From Eledone cirrhosa (taxonomy: Eukaryota): a stretch of 64,000 bases of DNA. The position numbers and the translations under genes were made by a program. The DNA lies in assembly GCA_964016885.1 (NCBI GenBank), contig OZ024740.1:217248001-217312000 (forward strand), in the 5' to 3' direction. A model generated the notes under the pieces. It was not told the origin of the DNA, did not search any database, and saw only the letters and a list, made by a program, of their open reading frames with translations. Below are positions 1 to 14,198 of the stretch, in pieces. Within the stretch, counting starts at the first letter, position 1. Each line of letters starts with the position of its first letter.

Positions 1-1140
1 TTCATATAAACCTTCAACATATAAACAGTCTCTATCCCTGACATATCCAACAAACCTTGGACCTTTACAGTTAATACTGCTGAAATGTATGTCACCTCTA
101 TAATGTCTTTTATTTAAAAATATTTCCCTGTATTTACCAGTCTGTGACAAACAAACAATCTGGTAATTACTGTGACTAACGTTGTTATATAATCTCCACT
201 GTCCATAAATGTACAAATAATTGTAATCTGTTGTTATACAGGTGTTTGATGGTATTTTCTGATAATATTGTCTGTGTGAATGTAAATAACCAGTTCTACA
301 GCTGAAAAAAGTGATATATCTACCATTGTCAAATATAATCTAATTCTTAACATTCACTACAATATTAGAGATGAGATGCTTACCATAGCTATATTGTATG
401 TCATTGAGGAACTCAGGTATGTTTATTTCTTTCTTTACATTGACAGTTGAAAGTATTTCATCAATATCAATGACAAACAATCTATGTCTACCTCTATCTT
501 TATATCTATCATCATCATCTGTATATATATCTACACTATTACACACTAGTTGATTGTCTAACAAAGAAGCAATACCATAATATTTATGGTCTGTCTTATA
601 AGTTACCAAATACAATGGAAACTCCACTTCTAAAGTTAACAGTTTGTTTAAATCAGTGGTAATGACCAGTGTGTTTGACCTCCAACGACATATATGTTCA
701 GGGAGATTGTTATTTAATTTGATAAAGTCAACAAGCTGACCATCAAATGTTAATATTTTAATGGTGGTATTATTCCTGTCATATAATGCAATCAGGTTAT
801 TTTCAGTAATAACAACCAAACACTTCAAATCATCATAATAACTACCACCATCACCACCCACTCGTTTTGTGTCTTCTAAACATGGAGGGGGTGAAAATAT
901 CTTAACTTTATCAGAAACTGTCAGATCCTGCAGATATAATGTAGAAGACAACATTTCACTGACACAGATGTTTCTAGAAAATACATCTACCATGTCAAAC
1001 ATGCTAGACTGTTTCTTTGTCACCAGATATACCATCACAGAGTTATGCTTATTTATAGCCAACACACCATCTTTGTCTATCAGATAATGACAAGTTTTAT
1101 CAGTACATCCACCATACAGATCAGAAAGTGGTTTAAAGTT
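1..1140 (-). pseudogene. Beta-propeller (NHL/TRIM C-terminus-like) coding exon with one in-frame TAG; runs off the window start
   Basis: ORF 340-1065 has repeated short beta-strand motifs (VVITENNLIALYD, ICRWRSNTLVITT, GIASLLDNQLVC). The same frame is open upstream to ~1140 and, past a single TAG at 340-342, to position 1 (IIFDNGRYITFFS...QIVCLSQTGKYREIF). Family call is by pattern only. Confidence 0.5.
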
Positions 1141-2679
1141 GGGCTCTGAAATAGGGCTGGGACCCCTTAAAATATGTTGGTGACCCCTTTTTTTATATAG
1201 TTTCGTACATAAATATTTTTTTCTTAGCCACCATAAATATATTTAATGTATCATTGTCTATTGCTAATGACTTTATTTGACATGGGATAGGGACCCTAGA
1301 AATTACTTCACCCTGGTTATGTTTTTGAAGAGATACAATGTCTATATAGTTTGGTTTGTTGTCACAATAACCAATAATTCTACCCTCACCAAACTTCCCT
1401 ATTTGTACATAAGGGTGGTTTAATGATATGATTCTAACTGTTTTTGATAGGTTTGTAGTAAGATGCCTCTCGCCACCTAGTGCCGAATAAAGTGAACAGA
1501 GTCGTCTTCCTTGTTTGTGACGTCACAATAAAATCATCAGCAGCAATCCTCTTTGTACAAAAATTCGGAATGATTGGACGTTCGTAAAATAACCACTGCG
1601 TAATGATGGCAGAGTTAAAAACTTTACTTGCATGTTGAATTTATATATGATAAATATTCAAAAGGTATGTTACTCCATTAAAATGTTACATTCACATTGA
1701 ATAAATATGTTGTTGACTAAAAGAAACATAGTTACGTTTTCTGTTCAAGAAGATAGATATTCATTTATCTAAAGTGGTGACCAGAACGTGGAAAATGTAA
1801 CTTTTAAAAATCTTTCAACCTATTTAAGACCTTCATCTCTTTGTTAAACGTGACATTTGTTCTTTCTCTTCGGCAAAACGAACACGCAGACATATGCTGA
1901 ACTTTTCGTTCAGATGGACTCTTTCTGTCACGTCATAAAAAAATTAACAAAAAAAACATTTTAATAGTAACTTTAACGCATATTACACAAACATAGAGGG
2001 CACAATGAAAAAGAACGAAGACTATACCATTCAGTGTCTATGAACTTTTGCTGTTTATCTCGGGCGTCATAACTAAGAATTTTGTCTTACGTGATGGACA
2101 CTTTGAATTTCCCGAAATGAGGCCACACATATCGACATCCCTTTGCCATCAACTTCATTTTGCTTCGTTGGAACAGTTTTTTCTGATTTTTATCTCGTGA
2201 TTTGACAACATTGGCAAGTTTTAGCGCCAAAACTTCATACCCCGAATGCTCCGTCTTCTCCAACATTCCACAATTTTACTACATAATTGACGCCATTGTG
2301 AAAATGTTTACGAACTGTCAATTTCCAAGTGAAAAGACTTACGTGGTGACATTTATTATGTTCATACTATGAACATTTCTTGGACAATTTGCGTTACTTG
2401 CAAACATTGTTTTACCTATGTGCAAAAAAGAAAAAAAAAAAATCATTTTCTTTTTTTCTTCTAGCATTTTGCTTTGGTTACCCCTGATATTGCATGCATT
2501 TATCCTGTTTCCCCTAGCTTTGCACATTATTATTTTTTTTTTCTTTAATTTTCTTCGGCACATTTTATTATTTGCATAACCCCAAATGTTGTAAATTCTT
2601 TGCCTTGGACTGTATGATTGGTCTCTGTTAAGACAGACGTTAAAAGGGGATGGTTTATATACATATATATATATATATA

Positions 2680-4850
2680 AATAACAAAATTAGTTGGAGT
2701 TGTAGCTATACTGACATCACCATATTCTAATGATTTTAGTATTTCATATTCTACATTCTTCCTCAATCTTTAATTTATGGATCTCATTCATTCCACAAGT
2801 GGTCAAAGCCATAAACCTATCTAATGCTACATGACATATTTGAATGTATTCCTCATCTAAATCAAAGATTACCTTCTTTTAGATAAGGACATTTTTATTA
2901 AATAGAACCAGAAATTTGTTGGAGTCTATTCTGCAAAAACGAGATGGTAGGAATTTAAAGGTTAATTCCTCTCCTTTACAAAATTCTGTCCCACTGAAAG
3001 TGTATAATATAACTTTCAGATCCCTGTATACAACTTGTACAGAAGATTGTGACATAGGCAGAATCATATATATCTTGAAGTATTTTATATCAATTTGGTC
3101 ATTGATAGAATGTTTGGACCTTTTGAAAATCAGACCTCTTTGGCCAAAAGTATTTTGTCTTAAAATTATGTATCTGACCAGAAACATCAGATAAAAAACA
3201 TTCTGTGTCAAACATAATATACTGAGCATTTCTCTCAGTATCTTTTTGAGAGACACCACCTATTGAGGAGACATTATAAATAACATGTCCTTGAAAAGAC
3301 ATAAAATAATTCCTAAAAACATTGATGTCAGTAGGAATGTCTTTAGAATGGAGGTGAAATTGAAATAATTTATGGGAGGGCTGTTAAAATGTTTCGAAAA
3401 GTTCTTCACCCAAACTAGAATGAAATATTAATTTGCGATACTTATCTAAAATAACAAAATTAGTTGGAGTTGTAGCTATACTGACATCACCATGTTCTAA
3501 AGATTTTAGTATCTCATATTCTACATTGTCTCCCTCAATCTTTAATTTATGGATCTCATTCATTCCACAAGTGGTCAAAGCCATAAACCTATCTAATGCT
3601 ACATGACATATTTGAATGTATTCCAACTAATACAGAAGATTGTGACATAGGCAGAATCATATATATCTTGGGATATTTTAAATCAATTTGGTCATTCAAG
3701 ATAGAATGTTTGGACCTTTTGAAAATAAGACCTCTTTGGCCAAAAGTATTTTGTCTTAAAATTATGTATCTGACCAGAAACATCAGATAAAAAACATTCT
3801 ATTTGTGTCCAACATAATATACTGAGCATTTATCCCAGTATCTTTTTGAGAGACACCACCTATTGAGGAGACCTTATAAATAACATGTCCTTGAAAGACA
3901 TAAAAATAATTCCTAAAAGCAGTGATGTCAGCAGGAATGTCCTTAGAATGGAGGTGAAATTGAAATAATTTATGGGAGGGCTGTTCAAAATGTTTCGAAA
4001 AGTTCTTCACCCAAACTAGAATGAAATATTAATTTGCGATACTTCTTATCTAAAATAACAAAATTAGTTGGAGTTGTAGCTATACTGACATCACCATATT
4101 CTAATGATTTTAGTATCTCATATTCTACATTGTCTTCCTCAATCTTTAATTTATGGACCTCATTGATTCCACAAGTGGTCAAAGCCATAAACCTATCTAA
4201 TGCTACATGACATATTTGAATGTATTCCTCATCTAAATCAAAGAGATTACCTTCTTTTAGATAAGGACATGTAATATATTGTATATTTCTATTTTTATTA
4301 AATAGAACCAGAAATTTGTTGGAGTCTATTCTGCAAAAACGAGATGGTAGGAATTTAAAGGTTAATTCCTCTCCTTTACAAAATTCTGTCCCACTGAAAG
4401 TGTATAATATAACTTTCAGATCCCTGTATGTAACTAATACAGAAGATTGTGACAGGCAGAATCATATATATCTTGGGATATTTTATATCAATTTGGTCAT
4501 TCAGATAGAATGTTTGGACCTTTTGAAAATAAGACCTCTTTGGCCAAAAGTATTTTGTCTAAAAATTATGTATCTGACCAGAAACAAAAACATAGAATGG
4601 AGGTGAAATCGAAATAATTTATGACCATTCATTCAGATCATAACAAATTACAAAAGTTAAATTATAAAATACTACTAAAACACAATCTTCTGGTAGTATA
4701 GCAATGTTTCTAGGATTATGTTTCATCTGGAATTTACCATATATATTGTTTTTTCTAATAATTTAATACCTATGAATCTACTATCCTTAAAATATGCAAT
4801 TTGATGAAAACCATATTTAAGAGTTTTTTATTTCAACACTAGAAGGTGAG
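2680..4850 (-). pseudogene. Three imperfect, frameshifted tandem copies of a propeller-like coding segment
   Basis: AAATAACAAAATTAGTTGGAGTTGTAGCTATACTGACATCACC recurs at ~2680, ~3450 and ~4053; peptide VEYEILKSLEYGDVSIATTPTNFVI appears in three short ORFs. Confidence 0.6.
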
Positions 4851-7123
4851 AAGAATAGAATTTGGTTTCGAAATAGTAATGTGGCAATTATTGCATTTTC
4901 GTTAAAACCTATCGATATCAGTGACCACTGATGAACAGTGTATCATACGACAATGACCAGTTGGTGGTGTGTACTTTAGTGTTAATATGCATGGGATATA
5001 GGCCATAGTGCCATTCTTTATGGGTACAATATATTTTATTGGTAGAAGGTTATCTTCTAGTGTCTACTTTAGTCTCTACTTCTGGAAGAACAGGAAAATA
5101 TATTTTTTGGCATGGTACTGTGATTGTTTTCTCCAAGTGTATAATATCAGGAAATTCTAGTAACATTTTATCAATTACCACTACCTTAGATTCATTTTCA
5201 CTACTTTCAGTTTTGTTTAGTGGCGACACCTCTTCATACTCACCATATGCTACTTGGGAGAACTGTGTACTTATAACAGCCTCCATTGTTTGTCTCTAGT
5301 ACTACAACTGGTTATATATAAATATATATGTGTGAGGTGTATGTTGCTAAATGTAATTCCAATCACCTTCACGATTTCCAGATTAGTTTACCAAATCTAA
5401 AATGAAATATTGGAAAAAGAAACATTGATTAATTTTATGAAAATATTAGCTTTTCAAGAGAATATCTTTTACATTGTTTCAAACAAATGGATTAAAAAGA
5501 AAGCACCCTTTTCTGTAAATATATTAAATCCAGCTGTTTATTTGGCAAAGAATAGAATTTGGTTTCGAAATAGTAATGTGGCAATTATTGCATTTTCGTT
5601 AAAACCTATCGATATCAGTGACCACTGATGAACAGTGTATCATACGACAATGACCAGTTGGTGGTGTGTACTTTAGTGTTAATATGCATGGGATATAGGC
5701 CATAGTGCCATTCTTTATGGGTACAATATATTTTATTGGTAGAAGGTTATCTTCTAGTGTCTACTTTAGTCTCTACTTCTGGAAGAACAGGAAAATATAT
5801 TTTTTGGCATGGTACTGTGATTGTTTTCTCCAAGTGTATAATATCAGGAATTTCTAGTAACATTTTATCAATTACCACTACCTTAGATTCATTTTCACTA
5901 CTTTCAGTTTTGTTTAGTGGCGACACCTCTTCATACTCACCATATGCTACTTGGGAGAACTGTGTACTTATAACAGCCTCCATTGTTTGTCTCTAGTACT
6001 ACAACTGGTTATATATAAATATATATGTGTGAGGTGTATGTTGCTAAATGTAATTCCAATCACCTTCACGATTTCCAGATTTCCAGATTAGTTTACCAAA
6101 TCTAAAATGAAATATTGGAAAAAGAAACATTGATTAATTTTATGAAAATATTAGCTTTTCAAGAGAATATCTTTTACATTGTTTCAAACAAATGGATTAA
6201 AAAGAAAGCACCCTTTTCTGTAAATATATTAAATCCAGCTGTTTATTTGGCAAAGAATAGAATTTGGTTTCGAAATAGTAATGTGGCAATTATTGCATTT
6301 TCGTTAAAACCTATCGATATCAGTGACCACTGATGAACAGTGTATCATACGACAATGACCAGTTGGTGGTGTGTACTTTAGTGTTAATATGCATGGGATA
6401 TAGGCCATAGTGCCATTCTTTATGGGTACAATATATTTTATTGGTAGAAGGTTATCTTCTAGTGTCTACTTTAGTCTCTACTTCTGGAAGAACAGGAAAA
6501 TATATTTTTTGGCATGGTACTGTGATTGTTTTCTCCAAGTGTATAATATCAGGAATTTCTAGTAACATTTTATCAATTACCACTACCTTAGATTCATTTT
6601 CACTACTTTCAGTTTTGTTTAGTGGCGACACCTCTTCATACTCACCATATGCTACTTGGGAGAACTGTGTACTTATAATTTGGTCTTCTAGAATCTCTAT
6701 TTCTGCAGCCTCCATTGTTTGTCTCTAGTACTACAACTGGTTATATATAAATATATATGTGTGAGGTGTATGTTGCTAAATGTAATTCCAATCACCTTCA
6801 CGATTTCCAGATTTCCAGATTAGTTTACCAAATCTAAAATGAAATATTGGAAAAAGAAACATTGATTAATTTTATGAAAATATTAGCTTTTCAAGAGAAT
6901 ATCTTTTACATTGTTTCAAACAAATGGATTAAAAAGAAAGCACCCTTTTCTGTAAATATATTAAATCCAGCTGTTTATTTGGCAAAGAATAGAATTTGGT
7001 TTCGAAATAGTAATGTGGCAATTATTGCATTTTCGTTAAAACCTATCGATATCAGTGACCACTGATGAACAGTGTATCATACGACAATGACCAGTTGGTG
7101 GTGTGTACTTTAGTGTTAATATG
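4851..7123. repeat. ~700-bp tandem repeat, ~3.2 copies, each with a minus-strand exon-like ORF
   Basis: AAGAATAGAATTTGGTTTCGAAATAG at 4851, 5548, 6253 and 6985 (periods 697, 705, 732); ORFs 5050-5286, 5747-5983 and 6452-6715 nearly identical. Confidence 0.95.
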
Positions 7124-7649
7124 TTTATTTTTCAGGAGAATAATCACTAAAAATAAATGTTAATATATAAATGTTAAAATATATTACATGTATTGTAAGA
7201 AGAAAGTCCTAGTGAGAAAATGTAGTTACACAGAATATAAGTATTGCCAACTTGGAGCACCTCTTGGTACTCAAGTGGTCAAAGAAGGTGGCTTTGAAAT
7301 AAGTCCTTCTTGCACTTATAGGGACAAGCAGGCATGAAAAGTCACAGCAGAGACAATAGTAAGTCCAAAGTTAAGACATGGAAAGTATTTGGGGTTAAGC
7401 TGGAATCCAACTTCAGATCAACATATTTATGGGCTCATGCACAGCCAAGCTGGAAGAGGTATCAAGACTGGTGGGTGTAAGATCAGTTGGCTGATTTTGC
7501 AGACGTCATCGTACTACTAAACTCAAGGAAAGGTGATCTCTGACATGTTTTGATAGCTTTGATGCCAAGTGCTACACAGCAGGAATGAAAATCAGTGATG
7601 CAAAGACAGACACTCATCCTCTCAAGGAAGCCTGTGCAGTGCACCCTAC

Positions 7650-8070
7650 TTGTGTATGGAGTTCCACTGTAGCGAGTGGAATAGTTCAAGTGTCTCGGGG
7701 CTAGGTTCATGAGTGATGGAATGTAGGAGGCTGAATTAAGTGCAAGAATTTCACGAACTGGTGCAGTAATACGTCGGCTTCAACATTCGTTCATCAGAAG
7801 AAAGGAGATATGTATAAAAGCTGAACTCGCTATCTTTAATTCGTTTTGGTGCCAGCCCTTAACTATGGTCATGAATCTTGTATAATGACCAAAAGAATAT
7901 GATCGCAAATACAATTGGCTGAAATGAGTTCCTCTGAAGGGTCTTTGGAGCAATGTTACTCAGTAGAATGAGTAACTCAGTGATCAGAGAGTCACTCCAG
8001 CTCTAAATTGAGAGATCTGTTTTTATACTACAGACATGTGGCTAGAATGCTTCAGGAAAGAATATAAAGT
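7650..8070 (+). mobile_element. Old degraded RTE-like LINE RT C-terminal fragment
   Basis: Broken translation gives FKCLG (FKYLG-like), ELSARI, LNYGHES and QIQLAEM motifs typical of the RTE RT thumb region. Confidence 0.5.
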
Positions 8071-8341
8071 ATTATTGAGTCAGATTAATTACACTATGAG
8101 ATTGTATCTTTGGGAGATGTCAAAAAAATTGTTTGAATTGCCAACTGAAATTTATGAATTAAAATGTAAGGAAAATGACATGCCCAATAAAATGGAAACT
8201 TCATAAATAAGTCTTGCAATCACAGTGTCTCTTTTGTTATTAAACCTGGCATGAATGTAAATTAATTTCTCACTTCATTAAACATTACCAGCAGTTGCTT
8301 ATCTATTTTTAATATAAATGTGTTAGTATTTTTGATATTAT

Positions 8342-8642
8342 TATAGAAAAAACACCCTCTCGATTTCAGTGAGAAATAATTTTTTTTTCTAGGCTTCTTC
8401 ATGTGCTATCAACTAATCTGATATCCTACATGTTAATAATTGAACCCCCATCTGGAATACGGAGGCTCTGGGTGTTTAGGGTTAAGTTTAAGGTGATCAG
8501 CCACCCTCCCCTCATTTTCTAGGGGGAAAAAAAAACTTCTGTGGAAGTTTTGGTGGTCAGATTAGTTGATAGCACATGAAAAACAAATATAAAACGAGGA
8601 AAAATAAATTTTCCCTACTGAAATGGAAAGGGATGTTCTATA
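8342..8642. mobile_element. MITE-like element with inverted repeats
   Basis: Perfect 24-bp inverted repeat TTCATGTGCTATCAACTAATCTGA (8398-8421 vs 8557-8580) inside imperfect outer inverted ends (TATAGAA..CCCT..ATTTCAGT / ACTGAAAT..AGGG..TTCTATA). Confidence 0.55.
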
Positions 8643-8999
8643 AATTAACCATATTTTTAGAATAATTAAATGTATTATAAAAATATTTACCTGCGTCAAT
8701 GAAGATATTTGTTTGTCTCATAAGTCTTCACAATTTATAGAAAGGTTTTTTTTATCAGCTCTTAGGAATGTCTTGTTGATTTATAAAAAAAAACAGCAGT
8801 CAAATCATTTCAGAAGTGAAATGTTGCATTTTAAGACTGTTTATAATAAACGTAGCTAAATACAAGATATTGTCGACTAATTTACTAAATTCCATATCCT
8901 GGTTTTGTGGTGACGTGGAAAATGTGCAAGTATATACATATGAATGCATGTGTGTGTGATTGTGTCAATGTGTATGCCAGTGTATATATATATATATAT

Positions 9000-11220
9000 C
9001 TATCATGATCATCATTGTTTAACGTCTATCTTCCATGCTAGCATGGTCGGGTGGCCGTGCCTCGCTCATATAGGACTATCTGGCAGGTTTTCTATGGCTG
9101 GATGCCCTTCCTAACACCAACCACATTTAGTGTGGACGGAGCTTTTTACCATGTTACCTACATGACCACATTACAGCGTGGACTTTTTTTTGTCGTGCCA
9201 CCTACAGGATCTCATTAGTTTGGACTAGATGTTGAGGTACCAACATAACTTTATAGAGAAAGGGTGGTGTTGGGGTGTATGTTTGGTTTGGAGAGGCCTA
9301 CTGACTAGGTTACCTTTGCACGTAGGGAAGGCGGGTCTTCTGTATTACTGCATGGCGCCAAAGATCTCGATCCAGTGACATTGTCTTAGAGAGGTGCAAG
9401 GTCGGAATTTATTATGTCCCAGGTTTTTCTGGGTCTACTTACACTGTAACTTCCATCAATTTTGATCGCCCTGCACGTTTTTATACAGTTGTCTTTCATG
9501 CGCATCACGTGACCATACCAACGTAATCTCTCAAGTAAACAGCATCTGATCCCTCTTATTCCTAATTTCTCACTTCATTTATGTTTTGCCATTCGTGTAT
9601 ATTACTATTACACATCCAACGGAGAATGCATGCTTCATTCCTTTCTAGTCTGCTCGGGTCCTCTGCACACAATGTCCATATCTCATTGCCATGTAACATT
9701 GCTGTTCGTATACAAGCATCATACAATCTGCCTTTCATTTTCAGAGAGAAGCCTTTTGTGGTCAGCAGTGGTATAAGCTCTGTACTTTCAGAGTACCCTC
9801 CACCACTGCTGATTTTGTTACCCAGGTAACGGAAAGTGTCCACTATTTCTATAGAACCATCTGAGCAGTAGGAGCTAGTATCCTGTGGGCACTTGCTACT
9901 TATTGCACCTGAGCATCGGCCACATAAAATCTACGTTCTTAGATAGCTTACCTGTGTTCCCACTACATCTTTTATGTACCCATAGTTTGCATTTGGAACA
10001 TAGAATGGAATTTCTACCTACTCTTTTCCTACACACTGAGCATGGCCATTTTCCTTTCTGTATAATAGAACTTTAGTCTTAGACAAGTTAACTTTAAGGC
10101 CTTTAGATTCTAGGCCATCTTTCCATGTTTGGAATTTCTTCTCTAGTTCAGCCATAGATTCAGCGATGAGAGTTAGATCATCTGCATATAGAAGTTCCCA
10201 TGGGCAGCCAGTCTTAAACTCCTCTGTTATAGCCTGAAAGGCAATAATAAACGGGGGAGAACAGAGCCTTGATGAACACCGACGTTTACGCTAAATTCTT
10301 CACTATATTCATTGTTAATTCTAACCTTGCTGACTGTATCTTTATACATGGCTTGTATAGCTTTCACAAACCATTCATCTACTCCTAGCTTTCTAAGGGG
10401 CCACCAGATAATGGAGCGTGGGACTCTGTCGAAGGCTTTCTCCAAGTCAACAAAAGCGAAGTAGAGGGGTTATTTTAGCTAGATACTTCTCCTGTAGTTG
10501 TACAAGGAAAAGAGCATCTGTGGTACTTTTACCCGACACAAACCCAAACTGCATTTCATCTAGATCAATTCGATCTCTGATTAGTTGTGCTATAACTCTG
10601 TGACCTTCTTGACCTGGTCAACTAACTTAATGCCTCTATAGTTTCCCCTATCTAGGGCATCTTCTTTATACTTGTAGCAGTTAACGATGCTGCTGCTATG
10701 CCAGTCCTTTGGTATGACCCCATTCTGTATTACTTGGTTTACTATCCGGGTGACCATTGTATGTGCCATCATTCCAGATGCTTTCAACATCTCAGCAACA
10801 TATCTCCGAATCCCCAGCTGCCTTGCCTGTCTTCATATCTTTGATTGCCTTACTTATTATGCTAACTTGCACCGCTGGTCCCTCTATTGGATCGATTTGG
10901 GCAGACTATCTTTTTCCCCATTTATTCTCATTTAGTAGTCTCTCGTAGTGATACTTCCAACTACCTTATCAGTATCAGTGAGGACAAGTACACCATCATC
11001 ATTACCGACAATATCACAGTTTTCCTTGACACATTGTCTTGCAATCCTGAACACCTCATGTTTTTGGTCTTCAGCAGGTTAATTTTCAGGTATACCCATT
11101 GTACGTCTCTAATTGCTCTTCCTTACTGTCAAAAGCATCAAGTAATAAGCTTTTAAATTTGTCACTGGCTTTGGGGTCCTTCAACTTCCATATTCTTCTC
11201 AAGGTAGTCCTCTGTCGTCA
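9000..11220 (-). mobile_element. Degraded, 5'-truncated RTE LINE (same family as 25069-27898)
   Basis: Fragment ORFs 10590-10790, 10227-10445 ([17 protein letters not shown]) and 9562-9843 match the 797-aa ORF; matching 3' UTR and decayed (GAT)n tail near 9000. Confidence 0.92.
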
Positions 11221-11224
11221 AGTA

Positions 11225-14198
11225 CGTCTAGTGACAAATACATTCATAAAAAAGCTGCGAACTACCAATGGAATTATTGTCAAAGCGGACAAAACATCAA
11301 ATGTGTATACGATGGATGTTAATACATACAATAGCTTCATACGGAAAGAATTACATAGGAAATACAAAAAAACAAATGAGGTGGCACTGATAAACATCAA
11401 CAACGAAGCACACAATATAGTCAAACACCTTGGAATAGACGACAGAACGGAGCCACTTAAGCCATGTACCCCCACATTTAACCTCAAAGACCACAAGGTA
11501 AATTTTGATTATAACCCCACTATTAGATTTATATGCCCATCCAAATCGGACATCGGGAAAATTAGTAAACATATATTAGACAGTGATAGCACAAATGAAG
11601 AATAAACTAGTGATTAAACTATGGGGTAACGCTACCGAAACAATTAAATGGTTTAACAATATAGCTAACAAAGAAGTATCTAAATTTATACAATTTGACA
11701 TTAACGATTATTACTCATCTATATCCCCCAACACCTTGGATAAAGCCTTAGCATTCGCCAAAGCCAATTCTGACATAACAGACGACGAGATAAAAATCAT
11801 ATTAGCTGCTAGGAAAACAATAATTAAATTTGAAAACGCCTATTGGGAACGTAAGGATAGATTAAATAACTTTGACATCACGATGGGGGCTAACGACTCG
11901 GCTCAAGTCACAGACTTAGTAGGTATTTACATAGCCCATAGTTTACAAAGCGAGTTTAGCGACCTTCACGGTGGAATCTACAGAGACGATGCCCTTCTAG
12001 TTAAGAACCTAAATAACCAGAGCATAGAAAGACTCCGTAAGAATATTAGAAAGACTCGGAAAACTAGACCTTAGCATAACGTATGAGTATAGCACTAAAA
12101 CAGTTAACTTTCTAGATGTGACGCTTAACCTAAATACGGGACTTATAAGACCTTTTCACAAGATTAATGAAAACTTAGCATACATCAACTGTAACTCAAA
12201 CCACCCACTATCAATAATTAAATCCATTCCACGCAGCATATCCCTTAGGATCTCCCGCCTCTCATCTAACCGGCAAATCTTCGAAGAACATGCAGAATAC
12301 TACAATACCGCATTAGACAAGGCAGGCCACTTAGATAGAGTAGAATATATAGATGAAAGCCTCTGTGAAGCACATGTGAACACGCATAACACAAACTCCA
12401 GAAACTCACGCATACACACATTTACGCATAGAACTGCAAAGTATACGGCAAATAGAAATACAACATCGAAATCAAACAAGTAACGCAGTAGAAAATATAT
12501 TTGGTATAACCCCATATTTAACACCTCTATTAGTACTAACCTACCCTCTACTTTCTTTAGAATAATAAATAGGCACTTTCCAGATTCACATAGATACAGC
12601 AAAATCCTTAACACTAAATCTATTAGACGGCACCAAATATAGAAGCACACATTAAGATGCTTAACGCTAAAAAGATACATAACAACACCAAAACACAAAT
12701 TTACAACAATAACAATACAATTACCACCGAACACAACGGAATATCTAATACACAACCACCCGCTAATAGGCAAACAAAACGTAACACACTTGTTCAGGCA
12801 TCGCAGCCCACAAATAATGCCAAAGTTGCCCATAACAAGAAATGTAACTGCCACCTACCTGAAACCTGTCCATTACAAAATGAATGTATGCAGTCTAACC
12901 TGGTTTACCAATGCACAGTGGAATCAGACAACCAGAAATGGTATTACATCGGAGCGACTGGGAATACTTTTAAAGCTCGTTGGTATACACACCGTTACGC
13001 AATGAAACATTCCCAGCACCGTTATGTAACTGCCCTTGCAAACAAGACTTGGCAACTGAGGGAAAGTAACCATCAATACACCCTGAAGTGGAAAAAAATT
13101 ATCGAACGCGCCCCCATATCGGAGTGGTATGAGAAGCTGTCGATTATGCGACCTTGAGCTGTTCCACATCTTAAGTTCGAAGAATAGGTTACTCAACAAT
13201 AAAATTGAGAGATCAATTTATTGTAACCAGAGACTCAAAGAGAAATTTTCGCACTACAAATCGAACCCTTAACCTCTTACTACCAACTGACAAACTGCAT
13301 ATACTTAGACTTTATACCCTCTTATATCTAGACCCTTTAATTACCCACAAAACCAATACATATATCCCCCCCCCCCCCCCCCCCTTCTCTCTCATTCCTC
13401 TTCTATTTCTTCGTTTTCTTCCTTCCTTCCCCCTTCTTGGCTATCTTTTCTTTTCTTCCTTCTCACCCCCTTCTTTGCTTTTATTTTTGTCATTATTATC
13501 TTTATTTTTATTTTTATATATATATATATATATATGCGTGTGTATGTGTATATATCATTCATCATCATCATTTCATTTTACATCGGCTTTTTCCCTGCTT
13601 GCAAGGGTGGGACGGGAACTGATTCTGGCTTGATTTCTACAGCTGGATGCCCTTCCTAACACCAACCTCATTTACAGTGAGTGCTGGGTGCTTTTTTGCT
13701 GTGGCACCTCCACGACCACTATACATATATATTTATCTCTTTATATCCCCCCCCCTCTCTCTCTCTCCCTCTCTATCCATCCCTCCCACTATTATCTATT
13801 TAATTCTCTTTAACTCACTACACTCCACGACATGATGTCTGCTATCAAAACTGACCAAAGAATCCTTCCACCTCTACCCCTACCTCCACCTCAGTTTGTC
13901 ATTCTACTTCCTACCTCTTCCCTCTTCCCCTCTCTCTATACTATGCCTTTTTTCCCAACACCTCCTGATTCCTCTCTCTCTCTATACTAGTAAATACAAT
14001 TCCAAATAAATGTTTTTCTCTATATATTAAGAATTATTTCAAGAGTAACTCACTATTTTGAAAATTTGGACTGTGAACAACAATTATAATTGAGTGGCTG
14101 CTATTTGCAGTATAGCAATATAAGGTTGAAACCATCCATGAAACTGGCTTTCTTAACCAAAAACTGGATCACAATAAGCAATTTTTTGCTTCTCTAAC
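11225..14198 (+). mobile_element. Penelope-like element (Naiad type), 5'-truncated and frameshifted
   Basis: KADKT, LKDHK, FIQFDI, MGANDSAQVTDLVG, YRDD, IWYNP, CNC-x5-CPL-x3-C and VY..YIG (GIY-YIG) spread over ORFs 11099-13157. 3' boundary approximate. Confidence 0.88.
13555..13716 (-). mobile_element. 3' fragment of RTE-tailed SINE
   Basis: Near-identical to 52465-52628; contains GGATGCCCTTCCTAACACCAACC shared with the RTE 3' UTR; (GAT)n tail. Confidence 0.8.

Noticed and set aside
1528-1545. CTGATGA on the minus strand next to a TTGTGACGTCACAA palindrome
   Set aside because: Followed by GAAG, not GAAA, with no stem I/III; the palindrome looks more like a CRE-type site, which alone is not supportable.
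4921-4970. CTGATGA within the 700-bp tandem repeat (possible retrozyme)
   Set aside because: GACA in place of GAAA and no coherent stems; the unit contains exon-like coding sequence.
14066-14139. TGGA-CTGTGA-ACAAC...GGTT-GAAA-CCA-TCCA at the expected place in a PLE 3' end
   Set aside because: Core lacks a base and there is no NUH/stem III; at best a decayed relic, so not called.
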